From IMG/VR virus record IMGVR_UViG_3300048854_000098, positions 1-34,456 of that record: DNA of 34,456 bases. One strand, given 5' to 3'. Source of the stretch: a virus. Taxonomy: Duplodnaviria; Caudoviricetes. The notes under the pieces were generated by a model. The model ran no database searches, was not told the origin of the DNA, and was given only the letters and a program-made list of their open reading frames with translations. The position numbers and the translations under genes are program-made. Within the stretch, counting starts at the first letter, position 1; each line of letters opens with the position of its first letter. Below are positions 1 to 9,053 of this stretch, piece by piece.

Positions 1-399
1 GATTGCCGGGCCAGTGGTTGCCGTACCGAACGTCTGCCCGGTGACCTTGCCGGCAAAAGCATGGTGCTGCAGGTAGAAGAATCGGGCGGCGCGCTGGATG
101 TCGGTGAGGGTTTCGGGGCGGGTCATTTTCTGCCATTCGAACACCTGCCGCGAGCTGAGCGCCCATTTGAACTGGCGCACGAATTCTTCGAGGTGGTTCT
201 GCACCACGCGGTAAAGCGTGACCAGGTCGCCGTTGATGTCGTTGAGGACTTCGACCGGCGACGGCTGAGGCTTCATGAAGTACAGCGCGGCACCGCCGGC
301 AAAGACTTCAACGTAGCATTCGTGTGGCGGAAAAAGCGGGATGAGGCGGTCGGCCAGGCGGCGTTTGCCGCCCATCCATGGAATGATGGGTGTAGACAT
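1..399 (-). CDS. Dam-family (D12 class) DNA adenine methyltransferase, 5' part; runs off the window
   Basis: Manual translation from ATG 399: MSTPIIPWMGGKRRLADRLIPLFPPHECYVEVFAGGAALYF...VEVLNDIN. Contains Dam-type W-x-GGK, the motif I SAM-binding EVFAGG and the ND motif. Not in the ORF track. Confidence 0.93.
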   Translation of the reverse strand, partial: MSTPIIPWMGGKRRLADRLIPLFPPHECYVEVFAGGAALYFMKPQPSPVEVLNDINGDLVTLYRVVQNHLEEFVRQFKWALSSRQVFEWQKMTRPETLTDIQRAARFFYLQHHAFAGKVTGQTFGTATTGPAI

Positions 400-416
400 T
401 GTAAGCAAGACCTTTA

Positions 417-432
417 CTGTACGGATAAACAG
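417..432. promoter_or_regulatory. LexA (SOS) box upstream of the methyltransferase
   Basis: (TA)CTGTACGGATAAACAG matches CTGT-N8-ACAG. Confidence 0.75.
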
Positions 433-504
433 GTGCTAGGCTCGCCGCGCTTTGTGCACGGAGCAGAAGCCTTGGCTGGACTTGCAGGGACCATCTGCGG
501 GGAC

Positions 505-550
505 AGCGATCGGGAAGGATGTTGACGCATCTTTACCTGATCGCTTCTTT
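505..550 (+). terminator. Long hairpin with U-rich tail, probable intrinsic terminator on + strand
   Basis: agcgatcgggaaggatg-ttgacg-catcttt(a)cctgatcgct followed by tcttt; G-U pairs form only on the + strand. Confidence 0.55.
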
Positions 551-585
551 ATTAGAAGTATCTCAATTAACTATCATTAATAAAA

Positions 586-1125
586 ATGACAAAACACAGA
601 GACGGCTTTGCATCTGCATTCATTATTATTGCAAAAAAGATTCGTTATGAATTTTTCATATCATTCATCCTCGGGGCCATACCAGTTATTATTTACACAA
701 GAAACCCGAAGGAGCTTGACGACATGATTAGCGGGTTACTAGCAATAGGATCATTAATAGATTATGCGGGACTCTTGTTAATCCCTTACTGCATCGCAAC
801 TGCAATTCGATTCGGCATGCGTTTCATCTCAGAAAATGCACAGAAAAAACTTGTCACCATCCACAAAATGATGACAGAGGTCGGAACTAGTTTTTTGACC
901 ATTTTACGAACAGGGGGCGGAGCGATGATTGGAGTCCTTTGCCTGGGTTTATGCACTAGCATTATCACGCTGACAAAAGGTGATTACATAATGCTTACCG
1001 TAAGTGTTACATGCGTACTGATTGCTTGCACCTGCATGGCGTTCTTACATGAGTTCCTAGCTAAAGCTTCACGAACATCTCAATACGATAACCCTATAAA
1101 GCTCGACAGAGACCTACTCCGCTGA
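586..1125 (+). CDS. AT-rich accessory (moron) integral membrane protein, about 4 TM segments, unknown function
   Basis: 179-aa ORF, low GC, opposite strand to the late operon, four hydrophobic stretches. Confidence 0.8.
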   Translation: MTKHRDGFASAFIIIAKKIRYEFFISFILGAIPVIIYTRNPKELDDMISGLLAIGSLIDYAGLLLIPYCIATAIRFGMRFISENAQKKLVTIHKMMTEVGTSFLTILRTGGGAMIGVLCLGLCTSIITLTKGDYIMLTVSVTCVLIACTCMAFLHEFLAKASRTSQYDNPIKLDRDLLR

Positions 1126-1668
1126 GAAGTCCGCTCCAATAATAGTTTTCACATACGCCTGACAGGCCGCGAGGGCAATTAGCCCCCGGTCGCCTTCATC
1201 GGTGATGCCGATAATTCTTTGAGCATGCGCTGGGTCAAGTGCGGCTCTTGTGGGGCCATGAACCACGCCGCCGGTGGCGGTGGTGGCTGACACCGATCCG
1301 TTGCCGGCGCCGGTGGTGGCGTCGAGTAGGACTGACAAGCGCAGATCAGCAGTGGCAAGGCGGTCGCGCAGGCGACTTTGATCACGTTGGACATCGTTCA
1401 AGGCTCGATAATGGGTTTGCTCGCTGGTAGCCAGACGCTGTTCGAGCGCGAGGCGCCTGTCTTGTTCGGCACGCTGCTGTGCGACGGAGGCCAGGGCCAG
1501 TTTGTTGAGGGTTTCGGTATGGAGGCGCGCCTGCTCGGCGAGCTGTTTGCCGTAGCGCCAATCCTGCACCTGCCAGGCGATAGCTGCGGATCCACCGGCC
1601 AGCGTCGCCATCAGTACCGTGCTGAGCAGCAGCCGATACGGCGCCGGGATCAGTTCGCCGAGACGCAT
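1114..1668 (-). CDS. Rz-like i-spanin
   Basis: Start reassigned to ATG 1668 (MRLGELIP). N-terminal TM, WQVQDWRYG motif, coiled coil, ALAACQAYV end; directly after the endolysin. Confidence 0.88.
   Translation of the reverse strand: MRLGELIPAPYRLLLSTVLMATLAGGSAAIAWQVQDWRYGKQLAEQARLHTETLNKLALASVAQQRAEQDRRLALEQRLATSEQTHYRALNDVQRDQSRLRDRLATADLRLSVLLDATTGAGNGSVSATTATGGVVHGPTRAALDPAHAQRIIGITDEGDRGLIALAACQAYVKTIIGADFSAE
1179..1394 (-). CDS. Rz1-like o-spanin lipoprotein embedded in Rz in another frame
   Basis: Signal peptide with lipobox-like LICAC, proline-rich mature part, fully nested in Rz. Confidence 0.82.
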   Translation of the reverse strand: MSNVIKVACATALPLLICACQSYSTPPPAPATDRCQPPPPPAAWFMAPQEPHLTQRMLKELSASPMKATGG

Positions 1669-2213
1669 AGCACCGCCCTCGCCCGCTCCCAAAGTTCCAG
1701 CCGATCCTGCAGGCCATTGAGACCACCGTTGATCTTGCGGGTGATCGCATTGAATTCGTTTTGATCCGCGAGCGCGTTCAACCCATTCACCGACCAGAAC
1801 CATGCAGCCGACTCAGCAGCCCACTGCGGCAACTCCAGCAGCTCTGGGGTACGCAGCAATCGCTCGTCGCCGAACAGTGCCAGGCTGCAGCGCAGGTAGT
1901 TGTCGTGGCCGGTCACCTGAATCAGCCCACGACCGCGATAACGCTGGCCATCGCCGTCCGCTGCCGGGGTGTTGCCCAGTTTTGCGGCTAGGGCACCGGT
2001 GTCGTATTTGCTCAGGTATTGATCGCCGCCCAGCTCCCGGACGTACTGCAGCTGACCGGACTCGTGTCCGATTTGGGCCAGAAACGCAGCTTGGCGTTTC
2101 GGTGTGTTGATCTGCCAATGCGCCATGGCTGCGTTGAGAGCAGATACAAAAACGCCCGCTTGGCGGCGGGCGTTGGGCATGATGGATTGCAGTTGCTGTT
2201 CGGTCAGTGACAT
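1650..2213 (-). CDS. Endolysin, glycoside hydrolase family 19
   Basis: AAFLAQIGHESG, YRGRGLIQVTG..NY and ITRKINGG.NGL.DR motifs. Confidence 0.95.
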   Translation of the reverse strand: MSLTEQQLQSIMPNARRQAGVFVSALNAAMAHWQINTPKRQAAFLAQIGHESGQLQYVRELGGDQYLSKYDTGALAAKLGNTPAADGDGQRYRGRGLIQVTGHDNYLRCSLALFGDERLLRTPELLELPQWAAESAAWFWSVNGLNALADQNEFNAITRKINGGLNGLQDRLELWERARAVLCVSAN

Positions 2214-2244
2214 CGATGTCTCCTTGAGTTGTGAGAATGCGGCG

Positions 2245-3294
2245 CTATTGCTTGAGCTGAACGACCTTCAGCTCCTTCGCCGCTTTTTTCTTCTTGCCCT
2301 TGGCTTTGGCTTTACCCTTCTTGCCACCGTTGCACTCAACTGTCGTGCTCCAGCCCGCCTGGGTGTATACCTGCTCCACCGAGTCGACCAGGTACTCGCC
2401 GTCGAGTCCAAGCTTGAAGCCTTGGGCGTTGATTGATCGCTCGGCGAAGAGGTCAGTGCGCCCTGCCATCTCCAGCCGGACGCCGGCCGTGGAACGATTG
2501 AACGCGGTGAGACGTGCCTTGGCGGCGGCTTCGGCGGCGGACTTGTTCGGGTAGATGTGGCGGTCGGTATGCACCGGCGGTAAGCCGTCCGGCGATTCGT
2601 CGTTGTCCAAAGTGACCACCGCGAGCTTTCCGGTTTTCTTGTCCTGATGCTTGGTCGACACCGCCTTGTGCGTGTTGCGATCCCCGAGACGAAACTGAAA
2701 GCGACTGACGTCGCGCCGTTGGATCAGAACCACACCGAAAGACTTGCCCGAGGCGCTCTGCCCGCCCTGACGTGACATCACCAGCAGTCTTCCGTCGGCG
2801 ACCTTGGCAGTGCAGTCGTACTGCTTGGCCAGACGCGTGATGAAGTTGAAGTCCGATTCATTCAACTGATCGGCACGCGGCACCTTGGTTTGCACTGGGC
2901 ACACCGGCTGCCAGCCATTACGTGCAGCGATATCAGCCACGATCCGAGACAGCGGCACATTTTCCCAACTGCCGCTGCGGATCGTTTTGCCGCTGCCGCG
3001 CATGTCGCTGGCCTTGCCGGTGATCACCAGCGTATCCGGCGGGCCGGACAGCTCGATCTCATCGACGACGTAACGGCCGATCCGCGTCAGTTTAGTTTCT
3101 GCGTAGCCCAGGTAAATCTCGATGCTGGCACCGCGTGGAGGCAGCACCACCGCGCCATCACGGTCGTCGATGCGCAGTTCGAATTCGTCGGACTCCATTC
3201 CAGGCTTATCAGTGGTTTTGAGTTGCAGCAGTCGATCATTGATCAGCGCGGTAATGTCGGCGCCGTCGGCGACGATACGAAAGGCAGGAGTCAT
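2245..3294 (-). CDS. Phage late control D family baseplate hub protein (P2 gpD-like)
   Basis: MTPAFRIVADG..IT..I.DRL, DQ.NESD.NF.TRLA motifs; position after gpX. Confidence 0.9.
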   Translation of the reverse strand: MTPAFRIVADGADITALINDRLLQLKTTDKPGMESDEFELRIDDRDGAVVLPPRGASIEIYLGYAETKLTRIGRYVVDEIELSGPPDTLVITGKASDMRGSGKTIRSGSWENVPLSRIVADIAARNGWQPVCPVQTKVPRADQLNESDFNFITRLAKQYDCTAKVADGRLLVMSRQGGQSASGKSFGVVLIQRRDVSRFQFRLGDRNTHKAVSTKHQDKKTGKLAVVTLDNDESPDGLPPVHTDRHIYPNKSAAEAAAKARLTAFNRSTAGVRLEMAGRTDLFAERSINAQGFKLGLDGEYLVDSVEQVYTQAGWSTTVECNGGKKGKAKAKGKKKKAAKELKVVQLKQ

Positions 3295-3307
3295 TTATTT
3301 TTTCCAT

Positions 3308-3333
3308 AAAAAAACCCGCACGAGGCGGGTTTT
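3308..3333 (-). terminator. Intrinsic terminator (possibly bidirectional) inside the late operon
   Basis: aaaacccgc-acgag-gcgggtttt with A/T tails on both sides. Confidence 0.65.
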
Positions 3334-3384
3334 GAAGGGGTGTAGCTGCAGGTACAACAAGGGCTACGCTATGACTGTAGACCA

Positions 3385-3591
3385 TCAACTCCAAAGCGCT
3401 AGGCCTTCTTCAATGGGACCAGGCAGATCCGGCAGCTCGATCACGATGCCGGCGCGATACGGTTGCGGCTCGTCGGCCAAGCCCTGATTGGCATCCAGCA
3501 CCGCCTCGACCGTTCCGCTCAAATGCCCATAGGCGTGGTAGCACAGGGTGTCCAGCAGATCCCCGTCAGACGTTCTGCAGGTCATCGCCAT
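3385..3591 (-). CDS. Tail protein X (P2 gpX-like)
   Basis: Start ATG 3591; GDLLDTLC..YG....VEAVLDANQGLA motif, ends LWS. Confidence 0.9.
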   Translation of the reverse strand: MAMTCRTSDGDLLDTLCYHAYGHLSGTVEAVLDANQGLADEPQPYRAGIVIELPDLPGPIEEGLALWS

Positions 3592-4411
3592 AGCGTACAA
3601 ACTCCAAGGTAAACGATTGCTTGCGCGGGATACCACCCTGCAGCAACGCGCTCTGTTCTTCTTCAACGTTCTTCAAGCACCAAGTGCCGAGCACGTCGCC
3701 ATAGCCGGTGGTCAGGGTCAGAGGCAGAAGCTGGGCACCAAGACTACGTAGGGTGTCCAGCTGTTTGATCCCGCCCTTGAAGCCGGGAAAAATCGCGCCC
3801 TTGAGGGTGATTTTTTCCTCGCCGATGCCCACCGCTTGCTGCGCCGGACGGCGGGTCAACCGTTCTTGCGACGCCCAGCGGTACTCCGTCGAACGTCGCA
3901 GCTCGTCGAAGGCGGCGGTGTCCAGGTTGAAGTAATACGGAGCCGCCTTGGGATCCAGCGGCTGTACGATTAACAGGTGCGGAAACGGCTTCACCGCTTC
4001 CGGCATCGGTGTCGCGTCACCCGCCAGTGATCCGGTCGGCAGAATGTTCCCCAGTGATGGACTGACCTTGCCGGCGATCTTGTTGATCGCGGTGGACGCC
4101 CGGGCTGCCTGTTCCTTGAGTTCGCCCATCCGTTCATCAATCTGCGACACGGCGCGGGTGGCCTTGTTGTAGGTGGCCACCACCTGGCCGACCTTGGCCT
4201 GCGCAGCGTTGACGCTGCGCATAACACGTTGCAGCTTTGCCCCGACCGCCGGCCCCACGATAGGAATACCTTCCAGCTCCGAGGCCGCGCCGCTGATCTC
4301 GCTGATGGCACCGTTGACCGGCCCCATCATGCCGTCCAGGCTACGGCGTCCAGTCTCTCCCGCTGCCGCCAGATTCTTCAGACCGGACTGCAGCTTTTCC
4401 ATATAGGCCAT
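3566..4411 (-). CDS. Tail protein, P2 gpU family, with N-terminal helical extension
   Basis: C-terminal half YRWASQERL.RRPAQQAVG.GEE.ITL.G...G.WCL is gpU-like. Confidence 0.85.
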   Translation of the reverse strand: MAYMEKLQSGLKNLAAAGETGRRSLDGMMGPVNGAISEISGAASELEGIPIVGPAVGAKLQRVMRSVNAAQAKVGQVVATYNKATRAVSQIDERMGELKEQAARASTAINKIAGKVSPSLGNILPTGSLAGDATPMPEAVKPFPHLLIVQPLDPKAAPYYFNLDTAAFDELRRSTEYRWASQERLTRRPAQQAVGIGEEKITLKGAIFPGFKGGIKQLDTLRSLGAQLLPLTLTTGYGDVLGTWCLKNVEEEQSALLQGGIPRKQSFTLEFVRYGDDLQNV

Positions 4412-4420
4412 TAGCCCTCC

Positions 4421-6868
4421 TTACACATGCGGTTCGTCATACAGCTTGCGGTTCTGCAACTGCTGCGTGGCCTGCTGCATCTGCTGCGCGATAAAGGGCT
4501 GCAGCTCACGCGCCATTTGCGCCGGGTCCTTCGCATCGCCCTGGACGGTGATATGCAGCGGCGCCGAGATTTGGACCTGTTGCTCGATCTTAGGCGACTC
4601 GGCTTTCGCAGCCGGAACCGGTGCAGCCAGGAGAGCCGGTGGCACTGGCGTACTGGCAGGTGCGGCCAACGACCTGGCCACATCGCCCATTGCTGCAGCA
4701 GGTGCCAAAGGACCAACCGGCTTGGGTTCGAATGACCGGGCAATGTCGCCCATCACTGGCGACAGGTTTTTCCCGGCATCGGCCATCATCAACGGCCCGG
4801 CATCCGGTACTTTTTTCAGCGATTCATCGGCGCCGAACAGCTTTTTACCCATGACTCCACCGAGCGCATCGCCGCCCATGTAACCGAGATAGCCGCCAAT
4901 CAGGCCGCCGACGATATTGCCGATAATGGGCACTGCCGAACCGATGGCGGCTCCCGCAGCAGCGCCGGCCAGCGTACCTGCCAAACCGCCGGCCGCTTGC
5001 CCGTAGCCTTCCGCCTTTTCATCCTGGGTCTCGGCATTTTCGTATGTGTCGTAGGCTTTAAAGCCAGCATCGACCACCGCCAGCAACGCTGGACCTTTCA
5101 TGCCTCCGACTATCTTCGCGCTACGACCACCACCTCCTCTCCCGCCGCCTTTCCCCCCTTTGCCTTTCTTCCCCTCGCCGCCGGCATCGAGATCACCGCC
5201 ACTCAGCCCGCCACCAGCACCCGGAAGGTTGGTAACGATCACCTTTTGTGGGATGTTCGGATTGCCCATCAGCGTGCCGCGCCCGAGGTTCATCAGCCCC
5301 TTGCCAACCTTGAAGGCGCTGACGGCCCCCTTGAGCGCAACCAGTCCAGCCACGGCCGTGCCGATGCCGAGCGTGACCCGCGGGAACTCGTCGGCAAAGC
5401 CCGACAGCTTGCGACTAACGTTGTTGATGCCGTCGGCTACGGAGTCGGTGACCGGCCGGATCGCATCGCCGATGCTGCGCATGGCATCGTCCATCGACTG
5501 GGCCATTTCAGACCATTTCTGCGCCGAGGTTTGCCGGCGCTCGGCCAGGTTCTTGTCGAGGATTCCGGTCGCCCCGGCGGAATCCTTTTTCAGCTGCTCA
5601 TACAGATCCTTGTTCTGCATGTACGCGGTCAAGGCTGCCTTGACCTGCATATCAGCGAACAGGTCACCGGTACGCAAAGCCTCTTCCAGAGACTTCATCA
5701 TGGCTTTGGCTTTCTCGGGGTCAGCCTCTTTACTGATCGCCGCTGTGGCCTTGGCCATCTCGGCGGCTCGCTTCGGATCAGTCGCTTCGATGTACTTCTG
5801 GGCCAGGGCAAAACTGGATTCCAGTGTGGATTTGCCATTCTGCAAACCGGTCTGCATCGACCCCTTATAGTCGATCCCGGCCTTCTGGTAGGCCTTGACC
5901 GTCTCACCGGAGCCGATTTTCTCCATCCAGTTTTTGAGGTTGTTAGCCGCTTCGTCCGAACCCCCGGCCGTTTTCATTTGCACCTGCAGCATCGCGCCCA
6001 ACTGCGTCACCGAATCCATGCCGGTGATACCCAGTTTGCCCATGCCGGCCAGCAACTCAGGAAACCACTTAGCCATGTCGACCGCTTCAAAACTGCCCGC
6101 CTGGCCCTGGTAGGCGATGGCCTCCAGCGCCTGCTGCATCACTTTGGGATCGGTAATCTTGGCGTTCTGACCCAAGGCGTTGATCATCTTCGCCGTTTCA
6201 GTGCCTTCCGATCCTTGGCCCACCGCAAATTTGGCTGCGGTCGGTGCATAGGACAGCGCCTTGTCCAACTCCATACCGGCGCCGACCAGGGCGTTGACGA
6301 CTTCGGCCACCTGATTACGCGCCATGCCTGTATCGCGTGACGTGTCGATCACAGTCTTGGACAGTTGCACCTCTTCCGGCGTGTTGGCAATGTTGGCCTT
6401 GATCGCAATATCCCGGATGATCGCCCCATAGTCCGCACTTACCTTGGTCGGAATGGCAGCTGCGGCGGTCAGCGCCCCTGCTTGACCGAGGGTGCCTTTC
6501 AGTCCTGCCCGGCCCTCCTCGATCTGTCGATGACCGAGTGCCTTCAATTCGGCTCCAGCTGCCACGCGGCCCATCGTGGCGTAGGCCTTGCTCAGCCGCC
6601 CGACCTCAACGCCTTGTTTCTTCAGCAGTTCGAGGTTCTTCTCGTACTTGCTCAGTAGTTTGTCCGCGCCGGCGGCACCGGTCATGTGCGCCTTGCGCCA
6701 TTCATCGCGCAGACGCATGGTGTCGCCGATGGTGTTCTGCAACACGCGGGCCTTGCTACCCACGCTGTCTAAATGTTGGATCTTGCTTTCGACGTCCTTG
6801 AACGCTTTGCCTACCGTCGGATCGACGGCGCCGCCAATGACAAAGCCGAGCGCGAGGTTCTTCGCCAT
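4421..6868 (-). CDS. Tail tape measure protein
   Basis: 815 aa, Ala/Gly-rich helical, follows the tail chaperone. Confidence 0.93.
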   Translation of the reverse strand: MAKNLALGFVIGGAVDPTVGKAFKDVESKIQHLDSVGSKARVLQNTIGDTMRLRDEWRKAHMTGAAGADKLLSKYEKNLELLKKQGVEVGRLSKAYATMGRVAAGAELKALGHRQIEEGRAGLKGTLGQAGALTAAAAIPTKVSADYGAIIRDIAIKANIANTPEEVQLSKTVIDTSRDTGMARNQVAEVVNALVGAGMELDKALSYAPTAAKFAVGQGSEGTETAKMINALGQNAKITDPKVMQQALEAIAYQGQAGSFEAVDMAKWFPELLAGMGKLGITGMDSVTQLGAMLQVQMKTAGGSDEAANNLKNWMEKIGSGETVKAYQKAGIDYKGSMQTGLQNGKSTLESSFALAQKYIEATDPKRAAEMAKATAAISKEADPEKAKAMMKSLEEALRTGDLFADMQVKAALTAYMQNKDLYEQLKKDSAGATGILDKNLAERRQTSAQKWSEMAQSMDDAMRSIGDAIRPVTDSVADGINNVSRKLSGFADEFPRVTLGIGTAVAGLVALKGAVSAFKVGKGLMNLGRGTLMGNPNIPQKVIVTNLPGAGGGLSGGDLDAGGEGKKGKGGKGGGRGGGGRSAKIVGGMKGPALLAVVDAGFKAYDTYENAETQDEKAEGYGQAAGGLAGTLAGAAAGAAIGSAVPIIGNIVGGLIGGYLGYMGGDALGGVMGKKLFGADESLKKVPDAGPLMMADAGKNLSPVMGDIARSFEPKPVGPLAPAAAMGDVARSLAAPASTPVPPALLAAPVPAAKAESPKIEQQVQISAPLHITVQGDAKDPAQMARELQPFIAQQMQQATQQLQNRKLYDEPHV

Positions 6869-6905
6869 GTGCGTGCCTTATGCGTCGGGAGGGTTGCGCA
6901 GTGGC

Positions 6906-7046
6906 TCAATCGGAGAGCCACCACACCAGTTCGTTGAAGGGCATCGCCAGGATCTCGGCGGACGAGAACCCGGTCTCTTTGGCCATGCGTTTGGCCAGCA
7001 TCTTCAACGTGGCTCCGTCGCACTTAGTCGTCCGTGACCAGACGAA
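6906..7046 (-). CDS. GpE'-like C-terminal extension of the tail assembly chaperone, in the +1 frame (frameshift product, or a 31-aa ORF from ATG 7001)
   Basis: Frame reads ...LKMLAKRMAKETGFSSAEILAMPFNELVWWLSD*, resembling P2 GpE'-family peptides. Confidence 0.7.
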   Translation of the reverse strand, partial: FVWSRTTKCDGATLKMLAKRMAKETGFSSAEILAMPFNELVWWLSD

Positions 7047-7338
7047 AATACCCGGCCTGCAGACGCATGTAATCGACCATCTTGAGCGCGACCAGATCCT
7101 CCTCGGGGGTCTGGGTCAGCGAGGCAAACAGTGACAGTTCCCGCTGTTCGGCATCGCCGTTGGAGGCCGCTTGCGCGGCCCGCACATCCCGCACGCAAGG
7201 TGCGCGCATCGTCAGGCGGTCGACCTGCACACCATTGAGTTCGGTCGGGTATTTGAGGCTGATACGAAACCCTTCCTCGGTCAGTTCCATCCACTTAGGG
7301 AGCGACTGTTCGGGTGTAACTTGAATTGCTTGAGTCAT
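7024..7338 (-). CDS. Tail assembly chaperone (P2 gpE / Mu gp41-like)
   Basis: LTMRAPCVRDVRAAQ...DY.RLQAGY motif, between tube and tape measure. Confidence 0.9.
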   Translation of the reverse strand: MTQAIQVTPEQSLPKWMELTEEGFRISLKYPTELNGVQVDRLTMRAPCVRDVRAAQAASNGDAEQRELSLFASLTQTPEEDLVALKMVDYMRLQAGYFRLVTDD

Positions 7339-7349
7339 TGCGTATGTCC

Positions 7350-7853
7350 TTAAAGGCCCAGGGCCGAGCGTTCTTCTGCCAGTTGATCAACGCCGTCGAC
7401 CACCAGCACCATGCCGACCATGTCGATCTCGTAGATCAACCGGCCACCGACTTCGAGCTTGTAGTACGTCAACGCCATGTTGTGTTTGCTCTCGGCCTTT
7501 TCACCGGCCTTCCAGTCGCCCATGTCGACTTCCTTGAGACCGCCGCGCATGGTCACGATGACCGGGGTGACCTTGCCCTTGAGGCCTTTGAACGTCGCTC
7601 GGAACACCGCAGTACAAGCGGTACGGTCGGACAACCCGAACCATTTCAATGCCTCGCGGCGCACACCGTTGGTGGTAAACCCGGCTTCAAGTTTCTCGAC
7701 ACCGGTCGGGATCTCGATCTCGCCGGCCATGCCGCCGCCCCGGTAGGTTTCGGTTTTCAGCACGACCTTGGGCAGGGTCAGGCTCGGCATCTCGCCGGCA
7801 AAACTCACGCCGTCGATAAACCCCGCGCAGTTGGACAGAACTTCAGGAATCAT
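7350..7853 (-). CDS. Major tail tube protein (P2 FII-like)
   Basis: YRGGGMAG, YYKL..GG..IYEID, DGVDQL...R.ALGL motifs. Confidence 0.95.
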   Translation of the reverse strand: MIPEVLSNCAGFIDGVSFAGEMPSLTLPKVVLKTETYRGGGMAGEIEIPTGVEKLEAGFTTNGVRREALKWFGLSDRTACTAVFRATFKGLKGKVTPVIVTMRGGLKEVDMGDWKAGEKAESKHNMALTYYKLEVGGRLIYEIDMVGMVLVVDGVDQLAEERSALGL

Positions 7854-7865
7854 CAGGTGGCCTCC

Positions 7866-9032
7866 TTAGGCGGCTTCAAGCACTTCGGTCATCCACTCGT
7901 TGGTGACTTCGAAGAGGAAATTCGGGTTCTCGGCCGGCGGCACGTCGGTGAAGCGGATCCGCCAGTACACCTTGCCCTGCTCGATCTGGCTGGCCGTGTT
8001 CAGCTCCTGGTCGGCGTACACCTCGAAGTTGATCACCGCGCCCTGATTTTTCAGGTCGCGCATGAATGCTTCCAAGCCGTCGGTGACGTCCTTGACGTAG
8101 GTCTTGGTGATCGAGCGGTCGACCGCCCATTTGTGCCCGGCCTGCACCGCGTCCATGAGAATGAACAGCGTGCGCACGCGGGTGACGAACGCCCATTTCG
8201 GATCGCTCGACAGGGTACGGTTGCCCCAGAGGCGATAACCGTCGTCGCGAATGATCGTGGTGATGTTCGCGTTGTTGAGCAGGTTGGCCCGGCAGGTTTC
8301 ATCGCCGTCCAGGTACTCGACGGCGCGGGTGGTACCGGTGATGCCGGTGAGTTCCTTGTTCGAAGGCGAGGCCCAGAAACCGTAGGTGGCATCCGTCCAG
8401 GCAAACAGGCCCGCTGTCCATGCAGAACCAGGCGCATCGACCGTCTTGCTTTCACCGGCATCCCAGTACTGCACGCCCGGGTCGACCATGAACAGGTTGC
8501 GACTGCCGAAGTTTTTCGCGTAGGCCATAGCGGCCTCATCCGTGGTGCATGGCCCGTCGATGATGCCGATTGCCCGCAGCTTCTGCGCCAGGCTGTCCAT
8601 GGCCGTGGCCACCGCTTGGGTTGCAGAATGGCCGGGCGCGATCAGCAATCGCGGCTGAGCGTTGAACAGACTTTTGCCATCAAGGAGCGCCTGCAGGCCG
8701 GTACGCTGACCGGACGCCAGAACACCGCCGATGATGGCTGATGTCTGCAGCGCCGGGTCGTCCATCTTCGGCACACCGATGGCGACGATGACCGCCTTGG
8801 CTTTGGCGTAGATCGCCTGGCAGGCTTTGGTGATCGCCGACTCGGCGCCGAACGCGGCAATTGCTTCGCGTTCGGTGGTGATCAGTTTGAGTTCGCCGGC
8901 CTTGGCTTTACCGCCACCGAGCAGCCCGGGACTGAAGGTGTCGCACAAGCCGATGATCGACGAGGACGGCAACGAGATAGTGCGTGCGCCGGTATCGACC
9001 GCCGTGGTCGTGACGCCGTGAAAGAAACTCAT
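7866..9032 (-). CDS. Contractile tail sheath protein (P2 FI-like)
   Basis: FFHGVT, PRLLIAPG, FWASPSN, GYRLWGNRT, VRT motifs. Confidence 0.96.
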   Translation of the reverse strand: MSFFHGVTTTAVDTGARTISLPSSSIIGLCDTFSPGLLGGGKAKAGELKLITTEREAIAAFGAESAITKACQAIYAKAKAVIVAIGVPKMDDPALQTSAIIGGVLASGQRTGLQALLDGKSLFNAQPRLLIAPGHSATQAVATAMDSLAQKLRAIGIIDGPCTTDEAAMAYAKNFGSRNLFMVDPGVQYWDAGESKTVDAPGSAWTAGLFAWTDATYGFWASPSNKELTGITGTTRAVEYLDGDETCRANLLNNANITTIIRDDGYRLWGNRTLSSDPKWAFVTRVRTLFILMDAVQAGHKWAVDRSITKTYVKDVTDGLEAFMRDLKNQGAVINFEVYADQELNTASQIEQGKVYWRIRFTDVPPAENPNFLFEVTNEWMTEVLEAA

Positions 9033-9053
9033 AGAGGTTAATCTCCAGAAACG

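Noticed and set aside
61-525. 154-aa + strand ORF
   Set aside because: Antisense shadow of the methyltransferase on the - strand; no recognisable motifs
400-585. Mu Com-like zinc-finger gene upstream of the methylase
   Set aside because: No CxxC...CxxC ORF found on the - strand in this interval
4997-6340. 447-aa + strand ORF, and similar long + ORFs at 7326-8741, 11600-12739, 15720-16565, 16736-17905, 18193-19173, 23476-24405
   Set aside because: They mirror well-identified - strand genes; expected from high-GC codon bias; no motifs
6811-7023. In-frame ORF after the chaperone stop (read-through model)
   Set aside because: Translation is not chaperone-like and it overlaps the tape measure start
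7004-7294. -1 frame ORF overlapping the tail chaperone as a classical -1 frameshift product
   Set aside because: Stops at 7004, only about 20 nt past the chaperone stop, and lacks the GpE'-like peptide, which is in the +1 frame
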